Shown here in pieces: positions 44,316 through 54,575 of a DNA stretch of 64,000 nucleotides. Position numbers and translations under genes: made by a program. Position 1 is the first letter of the stretch; every line of letters starts with the position of its first letter. The notes beneath the pieces were generated by a model. The model saw nothing but the letters and a program-made list of their open reading frames with translations. It was not told where the DNA came from and did no database searches. Source of the stretch: Alphaproteobacteria bacterium (lineage in GTDB: Bacteria > Pseudomonadota > Alphaproteobacteria > GCA-2731375); NCBI GenBank assembly GCA_965225945.1, contig CBDDBZ010000033.1, positions 192,001-256,000 of the forward strand. The letters are read 5' to 3'.

Positions 44316-45167
44316 ACGTCACGGGCGCGGGGCGACGCCATCGCCTTTTGCGCCGAGGCGGCGCGCGAGCACGATCGGGAACGCTGGCTGGCGACCCTGC
44401 TGGCGCCGGCCGAGACAAGGGCGCCCCTCCTGGCCCTTCTCGCCTTCAACCTCGAACTCGCCAAAATTCATGAAATCGCCAGCGAGCCGATGCTGGGCGA
44501 GATCCGTCTGCAGTGGTGGCGCGAGGCGATCGAGGACATCGTCGAGGGTCGGACCCGCGCCCACCCGGTGGTCCAGGCCCTGGCGCCCTGCCTGGGCGAG
44601 GGCGTGCTCGCGGCCCGAACCTGCCAGGCGCTGATCGACGGACGGGCAGCGGATCTGGACGAAGAGGGGCCGACCGACATGGTGGCGCTGGAGGCCTATG
44701 TCGAGGCGACGGCGGGGCGCCTCAACCTGGCGGTGGCGGAGATTTCCGGACTGGAGGCATCGCTTCGCGAGGCCGCGGGCCAGGTCGGACGGGCCTGGGG
44801 ATTGCTCGGGCTGTTGCGCGCGGTGCCGTTCCACGCCAGGGCCGGCCGGGTGATGTTGCCGGGCGAGGAATTGGCCGCCGCCGGCGTCGCCCGGCGCGAT
44901 GTCGTGGACGGGCGCTTTTCCCCGGCCATGGGCATGATCGTGGCCCTGGTCGCGGCGCGCGCGATCGAATGCCTGGAGGAGGCGCGACGCCTCGCGCCGC
45001 GGATGCCGCCCCGGGCCCGAGCGGCCTTGCTGCCGGCGCCGCTGGCCCGGGCGCATCGCCGGGCCCTCGCAGGCGTGGGCGACAACCCCTTCGCGCTTCG
45101 TTCCGAGCCGGCGAGCGCCGTGGCGCCACTTCGCCTCGCCTGGCACGCCCTACGTGGCCGCATCTAG
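44316..45167 (+). CDS. Squalene/phytoene synthase-like (NDUFAF6-type) protein; canonical start missing
   Basis: HDRERW...AFNLELA...EPMLGEIRLQWWRE in one frame from about 44316; ACG where ATG is expected. Confidence 0.8.
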   Translation, partial: TSRARGDAIAFCAEAAREHDRERWLATLLAPAETRAPLLALLAFNLELAKIHEIASEPMLGEIRLQWWREAIEDIVEGRTRAHPVVQALAPCLGEGVLAARTCQALIDGRAADLDEEGPTDMVALEAYVEATAGRLNLAVAEISGLEASLREAAGQVGRAWGLLGLLRAVPFHARAGRVMLPGEELAAAGVARRDVVDGRFSPAMGMIVALVAARAIECLEEARRLAPRMPPRARAALLPAPLARAHRRALAGVGDNPFALRSEPASAVAPLRLAWHALRGRI

Positions 45168-45306
45168 ACGACCTCTGTCCACGGCGGTTTCGCATTTGCC
45201 TTATGACCCGACCTCGCCGAACATTCGCCGAACGGCAAGGAGGGCCGCGGATGTCGGATGACGACATGGTGATCCCGCGACGCCGCGCGATCCGGTGGGC
45301 TCGGCG

Positions 45307-46311
45307 ATGAGCGGCGGCGGACTTGTCCCCGGCAAGCTTCCCGCCGCGTTGTTGAGCCGGCTGTTGCGGCGCCACGCCCGCGCGGAGCGCGATGTCAAGC
45401 TCGGTCCCGAGATCGGGGAGGACGCGGCCGTCATCGACATCGCCGACGGTGCGCTGGTGGTGGGCGCCGATCCGATCACGCTCACCGGCGGCGAGGTCGG
45501 CGCGCTCGCCGTCCGCGTCAACGCCAACGACGTCGCGGTCATGGGCGTGCGCCCGCGCTGGTTCCTCGCCGTCGTGCTGCTGCCGCCGGGGACCACCGAG
45601 GCGGAGGTCGAGGCGATTTTCGCCGCCATGGGCGCGGTGCTCGACGAGATGGGAATCGCCCTGGTCGGCGGCCACACGGAGGTGACGGGCGCGGTCACGC
45701 AGCCCCTCGTCGTCGGCCAAATGCTGGGCTGGCGGGCCGACGGCCGCTTCGTCGCCACCGGCACCATGAGGGCGGGAGACGCCGTCCTTCAGGTCGGCAT
45801 GGCGCCGGTCGAGGGCGCGGCGGTGCTGGCCGCCGAGGCCGCCGGGCGGCTCGGCGAGCTCGACCCGGAAATCCTCGATAGTGCGTTGCGGGCGGTGGAC
45901 GATCCCGGCATCTCGGTGGTCGAGTCGGCGCTCTTGGCGGCCGAGCTCGGCGCGACGGCGCTTCATGATCCGACCGAGGGCGGGCTTTCCGCCGGCCTGC
46001 ACGAGCTGGCTGCCGCATCGGGCCTGGCCATCGAGATCGATCCAACCGCCGTCCCCTGGTTCCCGCCCGGGCTCGCGATCTGTCGCGCGCTCGATGCCGA
46101 TCCCTGGGGCACGCTGGCCTCCGGCGCGCTCCTCGCCGCCTTCCCGCCGGATAGGGTGGAGGCCGCGCGGGCGGCGCTCGCGGCCGACGGCCGGCCGGCG
46201 GCGATCATCGGGCGGGCGCGGGCGGGCGCGGGCGTGCGGAAAAGCGATGCCACCCCCCTCCCCCGCCACGAACGGGACGAGGTTTCGCGCATTCTGGCCA
46301 CGATTCTGTAA
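45307..46311 (+). CDS. AIR synthase-related (PurM/HypE-like) protein
   Basis: GKLP, GEDAAV, DPIT, NANDVA, GGHTE and HDPTEGG. Confidence 0.88.
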   Translation: MSGGGLVPGKLPAALLSRLLRRHARAERDVKLGPEIGEDAAVIDIADGALVVGADPITLTGGEVGALAVRVNANDVAVMGVRPRWFLAVVLLPPGTTEAEVEAIFAAMGAVLDEMGIALVGGHTEVTGAVTQPLVVGQMLGWRADGRFVATGTMRAGDAVLQVGMAPVEGAAVLAAEAAGRLGELDPEILDSALRAVDDPGISVVESALLAAELGATALHDPTEGGLSAGLHELAAASGLAIEIDPTAVPWFPPGLAICRALDADPWGTLASGALLAAFPPDRVEAARAALAADGRPAAIIGRARAGAGVRKSDATPLPRHERDEVSRILATIL

Positions 46312-46343
46312 TAATGGCGGGAAGCCGAACGGAGGATTCCACC

Positions 46344-46832
46344 ATGTCGAATGTCGCCGAAGCCACCGACAGCCACGAGGAGAAGCGCGACGCGTTGCGC
46401 CGCCGCTACATTGGCGAGCCGGCGCCGGACGCGGAGCCCGTGGCGACCGGCGGCGTCGACCACCTGGCGCTGATCTGTTCCGACATCGCGGCCACCATCG
46501 ATTTCTACACCGAGGCCGTGGGGATGCGGCTCACCAAGGTGGTCCAGAATCGCGACGAGCCGACCTCGACCCACATCTTTCTCGACATGGGCGGCGGCAA
46601 TCAGCTCGCCTTCTTCGACTTTCCCGAGCACGGACCGGCGCCGACGGTGCGCGGCATCGGCAGCATGCACCATGTCGCGCTGAAGGCGACGGCGGAGAAC
46701 TACCAGCGAATCGTCCAGGGCCTGAAGGCCCAGGGGATCGATCACTCGATCCACGGCTCCGAAGCCAAGGGAAGCGTCTATATGCGCGATCCCGACGGAA
46801 TCCTGGTGGAAGTCACGACCGGCTATGACTGA
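46344..46832 (+). CDS. VOC/glyoxalase family protein
   Basis: GVDHLAL, MHHVAL and SVYMRDPDGILVE. Confidence 0.9.
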   Translation: MSNVAEATDSHEEKRDALRRRYIGEPAPDAEPVATGGVDHLALICSDIAATIDFYTEAVGMRLTKVVQNRDEPTSTHIFLDMGGGNQLAFFDFPEHGPAPTVRGIGSMHHVALKATAENYQRIVQGLKAQGIDHSIHGSEAKGSVYMRDPDGILVEVTTGYD

Positions 46833-48271
46833 GTCCCGCCGAGCGCCAGGCTGAGCGGGGCGATCTCCTCGGCCGTCCGGCGCGCATAGTCGAGCTCGGG
46901 GACCAACTCGATCATCCGCGCCTGCGCCGCCTCCAGACGGCCGGCGGCATCTTGCGCATCGAGTTCCAGGGCCTTGCCGCCCGCGACGACCCGTCGTCCA
47001 TCGACGTAGACCTCGACCACGGCGCGGTCGGCGGCGTGATAGATCAGGCTCTTCAACGGATCGCGCACCGGCCGCATCGCCGGATGAGCGAGGTCGACCA
47101 GAACGATGTCGGCCTTGCAGTCGACCGCGAGCCGGCCGAGATCGTCGCGCCCCAAGGCGCGTGCCCCGCCGACCGTCGCCATGTGGATCAGATCGCCGGC
47201 CGTCGAGGCGTGCACGTCCTTGCTCGCCACGTGGCTCAAGATCAGGGCGAGGCGCATTTCCTCCAACAGATTGTGGGGTGCCACGTCGGTGCCGAGGCCC
47301 ATGGCGACGCCGGCGCGGAGGTAGGCGCCGACATCCTCCAACTTGTCGCCGTAGCGCGCGAAGGGCGAGGGGCAATGCGCCACCGTCGCCCCGCTTTCCG
47401 CCAGCAGCGACAGGTCGCGCCGGCCATGCCAGCGAAGCGAGGAATGGCTGTCGATGAACAGGCAATGGCCGAGGATCGTTCTCGGGCTCAGGATGCCGAG
47501 TTCGTGGGCGAACTGGACCGGCGTCTTGCCATGGCGGCGGACGATCTCGTTGAACTCGACCACACTCTGCGAGATATGGGTGGTGAAGGGCCGCCCGCCG
47601 GTTTCGGCGAGGTCGAAGGCCTCGCGAAACAGCTCCTCGCTACAGGTCTCGATCTGGGCCGGAAAGACGATGCCCGAAAGCCGACCCGAGGGGTGGCGCT
47701 CCGCCGCCTCGATCAGCCGCGACGCGGTCTCCAAGCCCTGCTTGCCCACCGCCTCGTCCCAATCGAAGCATAACTCCCAGGCATTCTCCAGGCGCCAGCG
47801 GGCCGACTGGAAGGCAGGCCCGACGACGGCGCGGAGACCACTTCTCGCCAACAGGTCGAGCCAACCTTCCATCGGCGCCGAAAGCTCGACCAGCGTCGTG
47901 ACGCCCGAACAGAGGAGATCGGCATAGGCGAGCTCGGCACCCGCCCGCCGGCCCTCCTCGTCGAGCCGGAAGGCCTGCGACCGCTCGTAGAGGCCGGTCA
48001 TGTACTGCTCCGGCACGCCGTGCTCCTCGCGGATGCCCTTGTAGGCCGGCTCGGTCTGCGGGTGGCTATGGAGGTTGATCAGGCCCGGCATCACCAGCCG
48101 GTCGCGGCCGTCGACGATCGCGTCCACGGGCCCGTCGTGTCCGGCGCCGACATGGGTGATGACGTCGTCGGCGAAGACGACATCGACGTCACGCGCGTAG
48201 ATCTGGCAACCCGCCGCCGGGTCCCAAAGCACGGCCCATGCCGCGTTCTCGATCTTGGTGGTTCGAGACAT
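46823..48271 (-). CDS. Amidohydrolase (chlorohydrolase/deaminase-like)
   Basis: PGLINLHSH, LGTD, ATVGGARALG and ADIVLVD. Confidence 0.9.
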   Translation of the reverse strand: MSRTTKIENAAWAVLWDPAAGCQIYARDVDVVFADDVITHVGAGHDGPVDAIVDGRDRLVMPGLINLHSHPQTEPAYKGIREEHGVPEQYMTGLYERSQAFRLDEEGRRAGAELAYADLLCSGVTTLVELSAPMEGWLDLLARSGLRAVVGPAFQSARWRLENAWELCFDWDEAVGKQGLETASRLIEAAERHPSGRLSGIVFPAQIETCSEELFREAFDLAETGGRPFTTHISQSVVEFNEIVRRHGKTPVQFAHELGILSPRTILGHCLFIDSHSSLRWHGRRDLSLLAESGATVAHCPSPFARYGDKLEDVGAYLRAGVAMGLGTDVAPHNLLEEMRLALILSHVASKDVHASTAGDLIHMATVGGARALGRDDLGRLAVDCKADIVLVDLAHPAMRPVRDPLKSLIYHAADRAVVEVYVDGRRVVAGGKALELDAQDAAGRLEAAQARMIELVPELDYARRTAEEIAPLSLALGGTQS

Positions 48272-48495
48272 TCGCGTTCCTCCCCATAGAGTCTGGCCAG
48301 TCCGCGCGCAAGGGGCGGGTGGTCGAGAAAATGTCGGTTGCACTGCTCCCCGGTTTAGAGCGATGCTGTGGCGGCTTCAATATCCTCGGGCCGCGCCTCG
48401 GAGGTGCTCCATGCGCCGCCAGAGGATCGATGACCGGGGGGTACCGTGACCGGATTGATCCTTGGAGCCTCGTCAAACAGGGGGGGAGACTCTTC

Positions 48496-49641
48496 ATGAC
48501 CACGGATACCACCAAGAAAACAAGCAGCAGCCGCCGCCGGTTCCTCAAGAGCGCCAGCGTCGCGAGCGCCGGCGCCGTGGCCGCCGTGGGGACGGCGCAG
48601 ACACTCGGCTTCCCCTATATTCGCGACGCGAAAGCCGCCACGACCACCACCTGGAAAATTCAAACCTCATGGCCCGGCGGCATCGGCCTCGAGCTTTTCA
48701 AGGACTGGTGCAACGGCATCAAGGAGAAGTCCGGCGGCGAACTGGCGTTCAAGCCCTTCGGGGCCAAGGACGTGGTCGGCGAGTGGCAGCTGTTCGATGC
48801 CGTCAAGAACGGCGTCCTCGACGCCATGAATCCGTTCACCCTCTATTGGGCGGGGCGGATGCCGGCGTCCGTGTTCTTCAGCTCCTATCCGCTGGGGCTG
48901 CGTACGGAGGGCGAGTGGGACACCTTCTTCTACGGCCTCGGCGGCCGTGAGATCGCCCGCGAGCTGTTTGCCAGGTTCGACATGTTCTACGTCGGGCACA
49001 TCCAGCACGGGCCCAACATCATCCACTCGAAAGTGCCGATCCGCTCCATCGACGACTTCAAGGGCCGCAAGATGCGTGTCCCGGGCGGCATGGTGGCCGA
49101 GCTGTTCTCGGCGGCGGGGGCCAAGACGACCCTGCTTCCGGGCTCGGAAATCTTCGCCGCGTTGGAGAAGGAGACCATCGACGTAGCCGACTACGTGGGC
49201 CCGGCCATCAACTACGCGCTGGGCTTCCATCAGGTGACCAAGTACATCTCCATGGGCCCGGCGGGCTTCATGTCGATTTACCAGCCGGTCGACCTCATGG
49301 ACCTGACGGTGGGCATGAAAAGTTGGAACGCGCTGTCTCCGCGGATGAAGGAGTTCGTGGAATGCGAGGTGCACTCTTACTCCGACCATCATTTCGCGGG
49401 CATCCAGAAGGCCGACCAGGACGCCTGGAAGAAATTCACCGAGGCGGGCACGGTGGTGACCCGTCTGTCGGGGGATGACGTGGATGCGTTCACCAAGCTG
49501 GCCGTGCCGTTGTGGTTCAAATGGGCCAACAAGGACAAGGACGCGGCCCGGGTGTTCAAGATCCAGCTCGATTACATGATGTCGGGCAGCCTCGGCTACG
49601 TGACTCCAGACATGATCAAGGGCCACACGCTCAAACTGTAA
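48496..49641 (+). CDS. dctP: TRAP substrate-binding protein with Tat signal
   Basis: SRRRFLK, WKIQTSW and KGRKMRVPG. Confidence 0.92.
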   Translation: MTTDTTKKTSSSRRRFLKSASVASAGAVAAVGTAQTLGFPYIRDAKAATTTTWKIQTSWPGGIGLELFKDWCNGIKEKSGGELAFKPFGAKDVVGEWQLFDAVKNGVLDAMNPFTLYWAGRMPASVFFSSYPLGLRTEGEWDTFFYGLGGREIARELFARFDMFYVGHIQHGPNIIHSKVPIRSIDDFKGRKMRVPGGMVAELFSAAGAKTTLLPGSEIFAALEKETIDVADYVGPAINYALGFHQVTKYISMGPAGFMSIYQPVDLMDLTVGMKSWNALSPRMKEFVECEVHSYSDHHFAGIQKADQDAWKKFTEAGTVVTRLSGDDVDAFTKLAVPLWFKWANKDKDAARVFKIQLDYMMSGSLGYVTPDMIKGHTLKL

Positions 49642-49680
49642 GGAGCGCGGTATCCCCCAGGGTCGGAGACCCACAAATCC

Positions 49681-49710
49681 GGGGGGGGGCGCCCATTGCG
49701 GCGCCCCCTT
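49681..49710 (+). terminator. GC-rich stem-loop after dctP (attenuator or mRNA stabiliser)
   Basis: GGGGGCGCC...GGCGCCCCC inverted repeat; weak U tract. Confidence 0.5.
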
Positions 49711-49748
49711 CGTTATGGGCGCGCGGGTGACTGCCCGGGATCGGTGAC

Positions 49749-50879
49749 ATGCCAAGCCTGACGTTCATCCTGCCCCACTGGCTGTACTGGTCGGGTCTTC
49801 TGTTGTTTCCGTTGGCCGCCATGTTCATCGTGCGGCGCCAGGTGGCGAAGCCCGAAGCAAAGACCGTGACCCTTCCCATCGCCTATCTTCTGTGGCTTTT
49901 CGGCGGATTCGTCGGGCTGCACCGGTTTTACCTGCGCAGTTTCCTGGGCGCGCTCTACATCCCGCTCTTTGTCGCCATCCTTTTCGGCAACGTCCGCGGG
50001 CGCGAGGCGCGGAACCGGATATCCGGCGCCCGCAACGACCTCATGGGCGCCGAGTTCGACGTCGAGCGCTTCCAAAAGGCCGTCGAGCAGGGCAAGGACG
50101 CGGCCCAGGCGATGCTCGCCAAGGCCGAGCAGGCGCTGGCCGCGATGCACGACCTCTTCGCGGCGGCGAGCGCCAGCTTCGAGCAGTGGCAGACGGTTTC
50201 CGGCGGGTTCGCCATCGCCATCGCCGTGCTGCTGCTGATCGATGCCGTCCTGCTGCCCCGGCTGGCGCGGGCTTGCGCGGAACGGGAGGAGGAGGCGGCA
50301 AAGGTGGCCGGCAAACGGCCCGCCGAGGTGATCGAGGAGGTCACGGGGCCGGCGGCCGACGTCGAGCAGGCGCGGGAGGTGCATGACTACATCACCAACG
50401 CCATCGACAAGATCAACGGCTTCTGTGGGGAGTTCGTCTGCTACTGGTCGGTGATCGCGGTGTTCGTCTACTACTACGAGGTCATCGCCCGCTACGTCTT
50501 CAATTCGCCCACCAATTGGGCGCACGAAAGCATGTTCCTGATGTTCGGCATGCAGTACCTGCTGGCCGGTGCCTATGCCCTGCGCGAGGACTCCCACGTG
50601 CGCGTCGACGTGCTTTACCTCCTGCTCTCCGATCGCGCCAAGGTGATCACCGACATCACCACCTCCGTCTTCTTCTTCCTTTTCACCTCCACCCTGCTGG
50701 TCACCGGCTGGATCTTCTTGATGGACTCCATCGACGTCATGGAGGTGTCCTTCACCGAATGGGCGGTCCAGTACTGGCCGATCAAAATCTCCATCGTCCT
50801 CGGGGCCGTGCTGATCATCCTTCAAGGGCTCTCCAAGCTGATCAAGGACGTCCGGCTGCTGACCCGGGCGGGGGCGTAG
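49749..50879 (+). CDS. dctQ: TRAP small permease with an N-terminal TM2-like extension
   Basis: AYLLWLFGG..GLHRFYL plus YEVIARYVFNSPTNW and HVRVD. Confidence 0.85.
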   Translation: MPSLTFILPHWLYWSGLLLFPLAAMFIVRRQVAKPEAKTVTLPIAYLLWLFGGFVGLHRFYLRSFLGALYIPLFVAILFGNVRGREARNRISGARNDLMGAEFDVERFQKAVEQGKDAAQAMLAKAEQALAAMHDLFAAASASFEQWQTVSGGFAIAIAVLLLIDAVLLPRLARACAEREEEAAKVAGKRPAEVIEEVTGPAADVEQAREVHDYITNAIDKINGFCGEFVCYWSVIAVFVYYYEVIARYVFNSPTNWAHESMFLMFGMQYLLAGAYALREDSHVRVDVLYLLLSDRAKVITDITTSVFFFLFTSTLLVTGWIFLMDSIDVMEVSFTEWAVQYWPIKISIVLGAVLIILQGLSKLIKDVRLLTRAGA

Positions 50880-50882
50880 CCC

Positions 50883-52247
50883 ATGGGCCTCGAGATCGAC
50901 ATCGGCTGGCTCACCCTGCTCATGTTCGGGTCGCTGGTGATCCTCTTGCTGGCGGGATTGCCGCTGGCCTTCGTGACCGGCGGCCTGGCGTGCATTTTCC
51001 TCTTCGTGTTCGGCGACGCGCGGATGCTCAACATCCTGCCGTCGCGCATCTACCCGTTCATGACCGACTATCAGCTGTCGGCCATCCCGCTGTTCATCTT
51101 CATGGCCTCCATGCTCGAGCGCGCCGGCCTCATCGAAGAGATGTTCGACGTCATCTACAAGATTCTCGGCGGCCTCAAGGGCGGCCTGGCGGTGGCGACC
51201 ATCATCGCCTCGACCATCCTCGCCGCGATGGTCGGCGTCATCGGCGCGGCCGAGGTGACCATGGGCATCATCGCGCTGCCGGCCATGCTCAAGCGCAAGT
51301 ACCACCCGGAGCTGGCGTGTGGCTCCATCCTCGCCGGCGGGACCCTGGGCATCCTGATCCCGCCGTCGATCCTCGCCATCCTGTTCGCGGTCGTCGCCCA
51401 GCAATCGGTGGGCGAGTTGTTCATCGGCGCCGTCATCCCGGGCCTATTGCTGTCGGGCCTCTATATCCTCTACGTGATCGGGCGCAGCTACCTCGACCCG
51501 GCGGTGGGGCCGGCGCTGCCGCCCGAAGAGAGGATCGGCTCGCGCGAGAAGGTCCGCCTGCTAGGGGGCATGATCCCACCCATCATTCTGGTGATTCTGG
51601 TGCTGGGCGTGATCTTCACGGGCGTGGCGACGCCGGTGGAGGCGGCTGGCATCGGCACCTTCGGCGCCATCGTCGTCGCCGCCTTCTACCGGCGCCTGTC
51701 GTGGAGCGGGCTCCGGCAAGCATCGCTGACCACGCTCAAGGCGACGGCCATGGTGCTGTGGATCATCTTCGGCGCCTCGATCTTCGTCGGCTTTTACATC
51801 GTCAGCGGCGGCCAGCAGTTCGTCACCGACAGCCTGCTCGGCACCGGTCTCGGCTCGTATGGCATTTTGCTCATCATGATGATCATGCTGGTGATCCTCG
51901 GCATGTTTCTCGACTGGGTCGGCATCCTGCTGCTGGCGGTTCCGATCTTCGCGCCGATCATGCTGACGCTTCCGTGGGACGGCGTTTTCGGGCTGCCTGG
52001 AGTGGCTCGCGAGGACGTGCCGCTGTGGTTCGGCGTCGTCTACATGGTCAACATGCAGATGTCGTTCCTCAGCCCGCCCTTCGGATACGCGCTGTTCTAC
52101 CTGAAGAGTGTCGCCCCGCCCGAGATCACCATGGCCATCATCTTCCGCTCCGCCATCCCGTTCCTCATCCTCCAGGCGGTGGGGCTGGCGGTGTGCATCA
52201 TCTTCCCGGATATCGTGCTGTGGCTGCCGCGCCAGATTTACGGCTAG
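50883..52247 (+). CDS. dctM: TRAP large permease
   Basis: AIPLFIFM, GGTLGILIPPS and SPPFGYALFY. Confidence 0.93.
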   Translation: MGLEIDIGWLTLLMFGSLVILLLAGLPLAFVTGGLACIFLFVFGDARMLNILPSRIYPFMTDYQLSAIPLFIFMASMLERAGLIEEMFDVIYKILGGLKGGLAVATIIASTILAAMVGVIGAAEVTMGIIALPAMLKRKYHPELACGSILAGGTLGILIPPSILAILFAVVAQQSVGELFIGAVIPGLLLSGLYILYVIGRSYLDPAVGPALPPEERIGSREKVRLLGGMIPPIILVILVLGVIFTGVATPVEAAGIGTFGAIVVAAFYRRLSWSGLRQASLTTLKATAMVLWIIFGASIFVGFYIVSGGQQFVTDSLLGTGLGSYGILLIMMIMLVILGMFLDWVGILLLAVPIFAPIMLTLPWDGVFGLPGVAREDVPLWFGVVYMVNMQMSFLSPPFGYALFYLKSVAPPEITMAIIFRSAIPFLILQAVGLAVCIIFPDIVLWLPRQIYG

Positions 52248-52258
52248 AGCACGGCGCC

Positions 52259-53023
52259 TCACATCAGCGACTGGGCCTCGTCGATCGCAATGACCGAGCC
52301 GGTCATGAAGGCGGAGCGGGAGGAGGCCAGCAACAGCACCAGGCCGTCGAGATCCGAGGGCTGGCCGAGCTTTCGGGCCGGAAAACGGCGGATCAGCGCC
52401 TTGCCGCTCTCGCTCTGCCAATGGGCGCGGTTCATCTCGGTCTCGATGTAGCCGGGGCAAATGGCGTTCACCTGGATCGAATAGCGGATCCACTCGATCG
52501 CCATCGCCTTGGTCATCTGCGCGATCGCCGCCTTCGAGATGGCATAGAGCGCGAGTTGCGGCAGCACCTTCAAGCCCAAGAACGAGGACATGTTGATGAT
52601 CTTGCCGCCTTCGCCGCGATCGATCATGCGGCGCGCGACCGCCTGGGCGGCGAAGAAGGCGCCCTTGACGTTGGTGTCCATCACCCCGTCATAGTCCTGG
52701 ACGGTGCAATCGATGGCCGGCTTGGTCACGGCGATGCCAGCGTTGTTGAGCAGGATATCGATGGCGCCCAGTCGGCCCGCGGTAAGTGCCACGCCCGCCT
52801 CGATCGAGGCTGGATCCACCACGTCCATTTCGACCGCCAAGGCGGTGCCGCCCCGGGTCTCGATCCGAGCGGCCAAATCGTCCAGCCGATCGCGCCGGCG
52901 CGCGGTGATTGCGACCCGCGCGCCCGCCGCCGCCAGGGTCGTCGCCAGATGTTCGCCGAGGCCGCTCGACGCGCCCGTGACCAACGCCACCTTGCCGGCG
53001 AGCTCGCCCGTCTCCCTACTCAT
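52259..53023 (-). CDS. SDR family oxidoreductase
   Basis: TGASSGLG, NNAG and YAISK. Confidence 0.92.
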   Translation of the reverse strand: MSRETGELAGKVALVTGASSGLGEHLATTLAAAGARVAITARRRDRLDDLAARIETRGGTALAVEMDVVDPASIEAGVALTAGRLGAIDILLNNAGIAVTKPAIDCTVQDYDGVMDTNVKGAFFAAQAVARRMIDRGEGGKIINMSSFLGLKVLPQLALYAISKAAIAQMTKAMAIEWIRYSIQVNAICPGYIETEMNRAHWQSESGKALIRRFPARKLGQPSDLDGLVLLLASSRSAFMTGSVIAIDEAQSLM

Positions 53024-53161
53024 AGCCGCCTTCCTCCCCCGTCCGACCGACCGAGGGGACCATCACGGCCCGCCAGCGCTCCGGTCGAGGGCGTCGCCGC
53101 GCGAACCACTCCTTAACCGATTCAGGGTAGCATCCGAGTCGAAATTCGAGGAGTTCCCTAA

Positions 53162-54490
53162 ATGAACGTCACTGCGCGCGTTCTCGTCGTCGCCCCGCGC
53201 GAGGCTTACCCGGACATCGGGACGCAGCTCGAGGCGCAAGGCTATGCCAGCCGGACGGCGCACGACTTCGAGGAAGCGCGAGCTTTGAGCCGCGAGACGC
53301 CACCAGACATCGCCATCGTGGCCGCGATGGGTCCCGATGATCCGCGACCGGCGAACGTGGGGTGGGCGCTCGGGCGAGGTCCGGACGACGACCCGCTGCC
53401 GATCCTCTATATCGCCGATGCCGACACCGGCGGCGAGGCACCGCTCGACGATGGTTTGACCGAGTACCTCTCGCCGAGTTTCTCCGAAATCGAGCTGCTG
53501 GCACGACTTCGCGGCCTGACCCGGCTCGCGACGATGCGCGAAGAACTCAACCGGCGCGCCGCCACGACCCGCAGCTACGGCGTCCAGGGACAAGAGGCGT
53601 CTCGGCCGCCGACCACGGTGAGCGACGCCCGATTGCTCCTGGTGGCGGAGAACGACGTCAACGTCGCCCCCTTCCACGCGACGCTGGGTCGCGAAGCGGC
53701 GTTGGCGCTGGTACCCGACCGGGAAGAGGCCGTCCAGCGCCTCGAGCGCGATTCCTTCGACGCGCTGCTCGCCTTCGCCGTCGACGGCGCGGGCAAATGG
53801 CTCGACCTGTTTCATTCGATCCGCGGCAACTCCCGCCTCTACAACCTGCCGATCCTGGTGATCACCAAATCCGCCGACGAGGCCTTCAAGGCCGATGCCT
53901 TCGCGGCCGGTGTCAACGACGTGCTGGCCCAAGACGCCCCGCCGGAGGAAGTCGCCTTCCGCGTGACCAATCAGGTGCGACAGCAGCGCTATCGCTTGTC
54001 GATGCAAGCGATTTACCGCGAGGCGCGCCACCTGGTGACCAGCGATAGCCTGACCGGCCTCTACACGCGGGGTTTCCTCCAGGCCCATCTCGCCACACAA
54101 CTGGCCGAAGCGGAGGTCTCCGAGAAACCGCTGACGCTCGCAATCATGAAGCTGGAAACGCTTTCCTCGGTCAATCAGACCCTGGGCTATGCGGCCGGCG
54201 ACCAGCTTCTTCGCCAGGTCGGCGGCATGATCGGCACGCTGGTCCGGGGCGAGGATCTGGCAGCGCGCCATCGCGGCGATACCTATGCCGTCGTCATGCC
54301 GGATACGATCCTGGCGGACGCCCGAATCGTCACCGGAAGGCTTTGCGGGGTAGTCAACAACAGCAGCTACGCCTTGCCCGACGCCGCCTCGCCCGTGACC
54401 ACGCGCCTCACGACCTGTTGCGTCGAGCGGGTTTCGGGCGACAGCGCCGATACCTTGCTCCGTCGCGCCCGCCTCGGCCTGAAAGGCTGA
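53162..54490 (+). CDS. PleD-like REC-REC-GGDEF protein with degenerate active site
   Basis: DSLTGLYTR, N...G..AGDQLL; GGDEF position reads RGDTY. Confidence 0.8.
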   Translation: MNVTARVLVVAPREAYPDIGTQLEAQGYASRTAHDFEEARALSRETPPDIAIVAAMGPDDPRPANVGWALGRGPDDDPLPILYIADADTGGEAPLDDGLTEYLSPSFSEIELLARLRGLTRLATMREELNRRAATTRSYGVQGQEASRPPTTVSDARLLLVAENDVNVAPFHATLGREAALALVPDREEAVQRLERDSFDALLAFAVDGAGKWLDLFHSIRGNSRLYNLPILVITKSADEAFKADAFAAGVNDVLAQDAPPEEVAFRVTNQVRQQRYRLSMQAIYREARHLVTSDSLTGLYTRGFLQAHLATQLAEAEVSEKPLTLAIMKLETLSSVNQTLGYAAGDQLLRQVGGMIGTLVRGEDLAARHRGDTYAVVMPDTILADARIVTGRLCGVVNNSSYALPDAASPVTTRLTTCCVERVSGDSADTLLRRARLGLKG

Positions 54491-54575
54491 GACCAATCGA
54501 GGTGAGTCCCGGCCGTCCCGGCCGCGCGGGCGAAGCCCCTTAACGTCCGCGTCGGCTCGGGGTAAAGTCCGAGCC

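Noticed and set aside
45307-46311. AIR synthase-like gene as selD supporting the selenoprotein
   Set aside because: It lacks the N-terminal G-C/U-G-C-K and DFF motifs of SelD.
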